Source of the DNA: Minisyncoccia bacterium
Lineage (GTDB): Bacteria > Patescibacteriota > Minisyncoccia > Phycocordibacterales > UBA918
Direction: 5' to 3'
NCBI GenBank assembly: GCA_046293175.1
Contig: JBKBPM010000001.1
Coordinates: 363,446-427,445 of the forward strand
Length of the DNA: 64,000 bases
This document shows positions 42,301-51,300 of this stretch, piece by piece. The notes below the pieces were generated by a model. That model saw nothing but the letters and a program-made list of their open reading frames with translations, was not told the DNA's origin and ran no database searches. How positions within the stretch are numbered: position 1 is the stretch's first letter; each line of letters begins with the position of its first letter. A program made the translations under genes and the position numbers.

Positions 42301-45300
42301 GGTGGTGCACCAGTTACTCCTCCGCCGCCGCCACCACCGACGTGAATGGTGAGATTTTCACCAGGAATAGTCGTGAGTGTACCCCCAACAAATCCACCCC
42401 CACCACCAGTTGCTCCAGCATATTGTGTACCGCCACCACCAGCACCACCACCTGCACCCCAAGCCTTGACGGTGACATTAGTAACACCAGGTGGTACCGT
42501 GAAAGTACTGGTACCTGCAGTACTATAGACCATTTGTTGGGTGGTGGTACCAACTGCAATTTGAGCTGTTTTACCTGACTGTAAGACACCGTTTACCGCA
42601 ATCGCAACGGTACCAGTAGCCACCAAGGTTGACTGATCATATTCAAAAGCACTACCAGATACCGTAAGCCCTTCAGACCATTCAACTGACCAATCTTGTA
42701 TTGATGGACAATTTCCACTATCACAAAGGAGTTCCGCATCAAGCTTGAGCACTGCATAGATGTTTTTATCAAGGTTTGAAAGATCAATTGGTGAGTTAGT
42801 GAATCCTGCCGCATTACCAGGCAACGCTGAATCAGGAATCAACACAAAGTTACCTGGGGTTGTTTCATAGTAAACCCGATACAACACATCACTCAGGCCT
42901 GGTGTCGTATCAGTAAAGCGTACTCGCTCCCAACGTGGACTGACCCCGTCTTCAAAATTAATAGCAGTTGAGCGTATTGCACCCGAGGTAAAGCTTGGGT
43001 AGATTTGAGCAGCAATTGTTAGGGATCCATCAAAAGGCAACGTCGTAATTGATGGACTTGTACTGAAGTTCTCCCGCGCGGTCCATGTCACCCCATCCCA
43101 GCGACTTGTGTCATAGCGATCAGGGTTTGAACCATCATCAAACGCGAGCATGTGAATGTTACTATCACCACCACGTACGGTCTGGATACGCCAACTATTA
43201 TTGACTGTATCAAGACTAAACTCTCCAGAAGAAGTACCAGTAAGTACCGAATACGTTTGATAGCGGGCTGCTACTGTATCTGAATACGCGACAATCACTT
43301 CGCCTTCAGCTGTGCCAGGAGTAGTTTGAAATTCACAATCAACAGGCAAACCACGGTTATCATTACCGGTGGTGGTCATTTCAGTGAAAGTACCCCAACC
43401 ACTACCTGTCCAACGGAGTACACCAATGTCAGTATCAGCGTCCATGTAACAGAGAATCATTCGGTCACTGCCCTCGTCACGTTTAAGACTTCCCCAGGTC
43501 ATGACGTTGCCGAGCGCTACTGTGCTGGTGGCTGACCAAGTTGAACCATTCCACGTCTTCCATGGCATATTGACAGTACCATTTGGAAGCGCCAAAACCG
43601 CTTGATCTCCTGATTCTTCATATTCTATTACAATTGCTTCGTTAGAGTTAGCACTAACATCACCAAAACGATTCGAATTGCCCCAACTACTACCATTCCA
43701 CACGAGCGCCTCGTAATCAGGTGTAGATGCATTATTGTGTCGGAAGACTACAATCATTTCGTTTGAAGTAGGGTCACTGGCCAGCTTTACCCACTCACAG
43801 TCAGCGGCTTTAACTAAATCAATACTCGAAGTAGCTGACCAGCTTGTTCCATTCCAGATAGCGTAAACAGCATCATTGCCGGTACATGCTACGGCCATCA
43901 ATCGACCAGAGACAGTCTCGTACCCAATATCAAAACGACGTTTTGTTGATTCAGTGGCATTGTCAACAATTTCAAATATATTACCCCACGACTCAGTGAG
44001 AGCGTCATAGATTTGGATATTGATGTCAAGGTCAGTACCAAGAGTACCAAGGGCATATTCAGGTCGAGTTGTCGCAGCTTTGAGTTGTGTCCAGCGGATC
44101 TGGGCACCAACGGTCTCAGCGGACTGAGCGGAACTCCAAGTAGAGCCATTCCAGGTGCGGAACTGCGGTGCCTGTGCGGTACCAATACCATAAGCAGTCA
44201 TTGCGCCACTAATAATTGATGTTACTTGCGCACCGCCAGCCACAGTTTCAATATCAACATTGTCGTTAGTGGCAAACTGATCACCGGTCGTTTGATACCA
44301 GACTGATACATTAGTGGCTGTGTCAACCGTAAAGCTAAACGGTGTTGCGTAATTTGACCAACTATTGTTGCCACCGGGGTCACGCGCCCGTGCACGCCAC
44401 CAGTAGGTCACTCCATTTGTGAGTGGCGTCTGAGTTTGATAACGAACCGTGTTACCTGACGTGTATGGATTAGTATCAGCTGGGGTGGTGACATTTGTGA
44501 AACCAGCATCCACGCCAGAGAGGAAGGTAGATGGACTAGCAAAGTCTGCAGTACTCGAAATTTGCACTTCGTACTGCAAATCGTCGTTTTGTGGATCGGT
44601 TGTGGTAAAGGTGAAGGCTGGTGTCACAGTGGCCGTCTTTGCATTGTCAAAGAGTGAGATAAGCGTTGGTGGCTCAATCTTTTGACTCCAGGTCACCGTC
44701 ATATCTAAAAGCCGTGGCAAGGTAGAGTTACCAGAGAAGACCGAGGTAATACGAAGCACGTTATATGTCCTGGTATCAAGGTTTGCAATTGATATTGGTG
44801 ACGAAGTAAAGCCGCTACTGTTACCAGGCAAGTCAGTATCAGGCACCAGTTCAAATGTATTGGCAGAAACTTCATACTCAACGTAGTGTCGAATGGTACC
44901 AGAGGTGACATTTTGGTTGAAGTTTATACTACCCCACGCATTACCAATTTCTCGGTTATCATAATCAATTTCGGTAGTCGTTGTAGTCGCAGCAGTAAAG
45001 CCTGTGTTAATACCAGTATCATTGGTGGTGGTACTCGTGATCGCATCATTAAGGCTGTTGGTATTAAATTGATCACCGGTTGTTTGGTACCAGGTTGTGA
45101 TGACTGTGGCACTATTAATTGTAAAGCTTTTAGCTTCAGACCAATTACCGTAGGTATTTGAACCAAAATCATCTTTGGCACGTACTCGCCACCAGTAGGT
45201 TACTCCATCAGTCAAACCAGTGTTTGGAATAAATTGAATTGTCTGGCCAGACGAATACTGACTACGTTCTGAAGGTGAAGCTAAGTTGGTGAATTGTGAA

Positions 45301-48300
45301 AAATTAGCATTTGATTCCCGAATAAGGGTTGGTGAAGAAAAGTCAGCATCGTCATCAATCACCACTTCGTATGATACGAGGTCGCCCAGTTCATCTGTAG
45401 CGGCAAATTCAAAAGTTGGTGACGTTGAAGCCATCTGTTCGTTGTCAAATGGTGCAATCAGTGTCGGTTCAAGTGGTGCCGCGTTGGTAATCAACCGTGG
45501 GTAGTTGTCATAGCTATTCAACACAGAACCATCAGCATACACGACACGGAAACAGTAACTCGTATTAGCAGCTGCATTGTTGTTTTGAAGTACAAAGTCC
45601 CATTCAGCATTTTGACCTACCAATAATGCATTACGATTGAGATTGGTAGGGTTGTACTCTTCATACGTCTCAGGGAACGTACTACTAGCCAGCAAAGTGC
45701 TTGGTAGCACTCGACCATCACTGATGATTTCTTCAGAGGCAACGGCATAAAAGCCCGTAGGGTTTGATTTGTTATTAAAGGTGGTTTGTATCCAGCCGTC
45801 ACTACGAACGATATTTGAAATAGATACTTCATCAATACCACCGGTAAAAAGTCGTCCACCTAATGGATCTTGTCCAATATCAAGAGCTGCATAGGTACCC
45901 GTCGAGTGGGTTACCGCATTAGTTCCACTTGCTACCCCCACCCCGGAGTGACGCCACATTACCGCTCGAGTCGGCTCAATGGTCAAGGTGGCCATAAATG
46001 GCGCACTAGAAGTTGGATAGGTCGGCCCCCCTGTCCAGTTGTACGTAGCAGCAGCATCACGCCAGTGGTAGCCGAGACGATTTGTATTCGATGGAATATT
46101 GATACCACTGGTTTCACCTGACGCGCGAGTCATTAAAAGACCATCAAAGGCGCCTTGGTTACCGGTTGAAGAAGCCCAGATTTGCCAGGTTGAGTTGAGG
46201 AAAGAACGATTAAAGCTTGAACCAAGATCGATATACTCATTGGTTCCATCAATTGCTTGGAAGCGACCAACAATACCGTTCTGACGATCGCCCACTTCCA
46301 TATTTTGTGATGTACCATTACTATTGCCGGTACTATCAATAAATTGTGGTGCTGTGGCAGTTGGACTTTGATCAAGGTGGTACACCGCCAAGAAGTTGTT
46401 ACTCCATACATTATTGCGACCATAGGTAGCTGAGACACTATAGCCACTGGCTGCACCATTGCCGTAGTACACATAAAAGTCAGTGTCGGTTGTTGTCGAA
46501 AGCGATGGGGCTCGGAAGTGGAGCTCACCAATATCACTACCCGTATCAAGCGAGACTAGTTCATATGGTACTTCAGTTACTCCGTCACTGGTGGTGATGC
46601 GGATATCGTCACCGTCACTTTGCACATTATCAAAGAATTGCGCAGGAAAATCATCGAGATTGAGGTAAACCGGGAAGTTTGTTACATCATTACCTGAAAC
46701 TAAAGAACTCTCAACTGTCACCTTAACCCGCCGTGGCCAAGAGGCACTGTACCAATCAGTACCAACGATTGAGTTCGCATATCCGCGCCAGGTTGCCGTT
46801 GTACTTCCAACCGCACCCACGTCTTGCCAACCGGTAGCAATATTACAGGAGACACCAGTTGCGTACTGTAACTTGAAGGCGGACGTACTCGTCGGCAACG
46901 TCACATTTGCCCCCTCAAGTGAGAGACGAAGACGGATCACATCGTTGAGACTGACCGCTTCTGCTGAAGTGAGTGCAGTATTTTCTGCCACATCGGTACC
47001 TCCTACCGGCCAGGCATCCGTCGGGGTAAAGACACTCGCGTTTGTATACCAGCGAAAATCATTTTGTACGAGTTTTGGCTTACGCACCCAAGCCACTGAC
47101 CAATCATCAAGACTCGCACTGGTGGCGCCAAACGTGGTCAAGGTGGCCTCAAGACAAATCTGACTGTATGTGGTGGTAGAAAGACCAGTCAAGTTAAGAG
47201 GCATAGCCGTACTGTCAAAACCTGCACTATTTCCTGCCAGTGCTCCGTCTGGTATATAGGTGTCACAAGTGGTCGTACTCGTGTATTTAAGCTTTACCGT
47301 TACGTCCGTTCCAAACGGCTCAGTTGAAGAGAACGTAAAATCACCCCAGGTTTGCTGGTTTGGCACCGCCGAAAAGACAATCGGCTGCGTCGTCACAGTA
47401 CTTTGAGTAAATTGGTAGCGCTTAGCAGCCATTTCAAACGTTTCAAATGGAGCACCGGCTATTGAAGATGGGTTTGGTACTATTGATTGTTTCGTTGACC
47501 AGCTGGTTCCGTTCCAGTACGTTGACTCTATTTCATCCCCCGCCACAGCATCATCGTGTGAGACTGAGACGATGGTGCCATCTCCAGCTCGTTCTGTCTG
47601 CACCCAAAATACACCAGTACCCGCTCCGACACCTGTAATGGGCTGAGGGGCTGACCATGATGATGTCGCATACACGCTATACCGTGCATTAGTTGTGTCC
47701 GAATAGGCGGCGAGCGTATACCCCGAGCGACCTGCTACCGTCTCATATTCACAATCAATTGGTCGCCCAGCCTGAGAGTTACCAGCCGTAGAAAAATCAT
47801 TATAGGTGCCGGTCCAGATACTACCATCCCACCGGATCGCTCCTGGACGAGCCGAATCATTGATGTAACACAACACCATGTTGTCTGAGTTTGGATCAGC
47901 CGAGAGTGTTCCCCATTCAAAGTCATTTTGCAGTGCCTGGGTGGCAGGAGCGGTCCAATCAAGACCCGTCCAAGTACGATAGATGAAACTATTTCCCGTA
48001 CCATTGGTGACTGCTACAATCGCTTGATCACCGGAAGTTTCATACTTCACCCCAATACCAGCTCTCGCTTCTTGACCAGCCTGTACCGAACCCATGACCC
48101 GACTATTACCAAAAGCCGAACCGTCCCACACGAGCATCTCGTAGTTGTTACCAACCGCCGCTCCACTATCGCGTACTACCAAAATCATTTCATCTGAGGT
48201 TGGATCAGACGCAATCTCAACATGGTTACAGACGTTGACGAGGCTGGTAGTAATACTACTTGTAGCTGACCAGGTAGAACCATTCCAAATACGATAGACC

Positions 48301-51300
48301 GGATCTTTAGTGTTACTACAAGACACCACCATGGCGTCACCCGAGACACTTTCATACCCAACGGCAATACCACGGCGGCCGACATTTGAGACAGTGTTCG
48401 TGATGAGTGTTTGATTACCCCATGAACTACTCGTTGCATTATAGACCTGCGCATAGGTGGCGTTTGATTGGTCCATGGTCACAAGAATATACTCATCTCG
48501 CTTCACTCCAGCAGCAGTGCGCACCCAGTTTATGGTACCCCCTACTGGAATTGCCGATTGCTTAATACCCCAACTTGTACCACCCCAAAGACGGTAACGT
48601 GGCGTATTGTTGGTGCCATCACCATAGGCAATGAGCATCTCGGTGTTGGTAGTCGAATTAACGACGACATTATCATTATTAGAAACACCACCAAATAAGG
48701 TGTTGGTATTAAACTGACCGCTTGTGGTCTGGTACCAATTCGGCACGGTATCCGCCGCATTTACTGTAAAGCTTTGGGTTGTCGAGTAGTCACCAAAACC
48801 ACCAGAACCGGTTACATCCCTGGCTCGCACACGCCAATAGTAGGTCGTCAGGTCGGTGAGTGTCTCACTGGGTTGTAACTGGTAGCGGATTTTTTGCCCT
48901 TCTGTAAATGGAGAAGTATCGCCACCCGAAACAGTGTTGTAAAAGCCAGCATCACTGCTTGAGACCCGTACGGTAGCAGTAGCAAAGGTTGATGAAGTTG
49001 AAATCGAAAATTCATACTCAATATCAGAGGTCCCATCTGGATCACTCGCAGTAAACTCAAAATATGGAGTAGTTGAAGCCAGGCGAGCATTATCAAACGG
49101 CACGCCATGCAATGTTGGTGCAGCCGGACGGAAATCAAGCGCAGCTTTTTTCCACAACATGAGTGTTCCTGGTGTCGTTGAACTTACCTGACCAGCAGTG
49201 GCCTCCTGCTGACTTTGGATAGAAATAATTTGTCCAGCCGTGACACCTTCAAGGAGAAACACGAGATTGCCAGAAGCTTCAGCGTGTCCATTTTGATTAC
49301 GAATAAAATTTGACTTTGTCTGGGCACCAGTGGTGGTTACACCATTAACAGTGACCGTAATGCGATTGTTGGTACGCGCAGTGGCACCAGTAAAAGCACC
49401 ATTGTATGTCAGGAGGTAATCACCACTGGCGTTGACAGTTATCTGGTGACTATTAACTGCGGTTGAATGTGTATAGGCGTTACTATCGTACGCCAGTTGC
49501 GTATTAAACCGTGACGAAGAAGCATTACTATTGTTAAAGTTCATGCCAGTTGTACCATTGAGGTAGTTGCCGGTGAGGGCAATCACACCGGTTGATGGTA
49601 ACTTTTGTATATAGATTGATCCAGCAAACCCTGGTGTCACCACCACATTACCACCACCCGCTTCTTGTTGTGTCGTTACTGTCAATACACTGTTAGTGGA
49701 GCTGGCGACCACAATACCAGACCAGTGAATACTCGAGTCACCATCGCTTTCCGTCGCTGCCGTTTCCATATATCCCTGCATAAATTGCGCTCCGGGTACA
49801 GCCATGCCATTGATGAGCACTTGTCCTTTTACGTTTGTTTGGACCGTATGGTTAACGCCGGTGAGTGGAATATTGATATGAACCATGTAGGTACCGGTGG
49901 CTGACAGTGTAATGTTTTGTGGCGATACGGTATTTGAGTGCACATAACCACTATCCTGGCGAGTTTCTACCCAGTCAAGTGCGTTTGCTGTCGCTGTGTT
50001 AAGGCTCGTGGTCGCTGTCGAACGGGTTGTGGTCGCGGCAAATACTGTATTGGTATCGTTAATATATTCGAGATACATCGAAGCCAGGCCGGTTACGTTG
50101 ACGGTGTCTCCTGCGTCGATAGTGTTGAGGTTTTCGACAAAGACTTCAATGTAATCGTTTGCGCTAACATCAGTGAGCAAGAATGCGACGTTTGAAGATG
50201 ACTCAGATTGTGCTCCAGCATTTTCAATGTAGCCACTACGTCCAAGACCTTCTTGGACGGCAATTCCATTCTTTCGTACTTCTATACCAGAACGAGTACG
50301 ACTCACATTAGCGTCAGTTCGCTGTACTGGCAAGTTGACCGAAACAAAGTAATCACCATTCTGACGAAGGGTTACTCGCTGTGAGTTGGTTGAGGTCGAA
50401 TGAGAATAATAGTAGTTATCAATTGAACTGGTTGACCACTGCATTGGACTTGGAGCTTCGTTTAGGTTTGTACCTGCAACAGTCCGCGTCCCTTTGAACC
50501 AACCGATATTGTTAAGAGCGTCAGAAGCAATTTGCCACTGCCGCAACTCGTGGAAGGTATCCATCTGGAGCGGTCCCAAAAGATACATATATGGACTTAT
50601 ATCCGGTGCGTCAAAGGTGTATGAGAGTGTAATCTCATCACCCTCATTAAGCGTAATATCCGACCAGGTTATCACACTGTACTGTGGAAGAGCAGTAATA
50701 GTGGCTCCTTCTAGTCCTTCTATAATAAAACCACGCGGTACTCGTTCGGTGATATCACCTGTGTAGGTTCGGTTGGCTTTAATATTGAGATCAACCTTAT
50801 ATGGTGCTGGTGGATAGATACGAGTTGGCGCAGTACGAGTGATGTCAAACGGAATGTAATCACGCACTTCAAATGAATCAGTAATTTTATGAACAACTTC
50901 CCCATTCACATTCAAATGCTGCAACTGAATCGTGTACTCACCCCACTCACCAGTATCTGTAAAGGTGGCCAGGTAGTCTGGCATATCAGTCACATTGTTG
51001 GCATTACATGAGCCAGACTGTTCGACCGGCACTTCATAGATGGTTCCTTTTGGATCAATAATCTTCATTTGCAGATTTGCATCACAAATCGTGTCACCAC
51101 TATCAGTCAACGCAGCAAGATTGAGTTGCACTTCTTCGTTCGGGAAGTACATACTCTTTTTTGTGTTCACCGCCAAAAGACCCCAATAGAATTCAAAGGT
51201 ATCGATGAACTTTTCACCATTTTCGAGTACTTCTACGGTGACTTCATATTTGCCTGGTTCAAGTGTGTACGGGAGTTGCTGTACCTCCATAGACCAAGTC

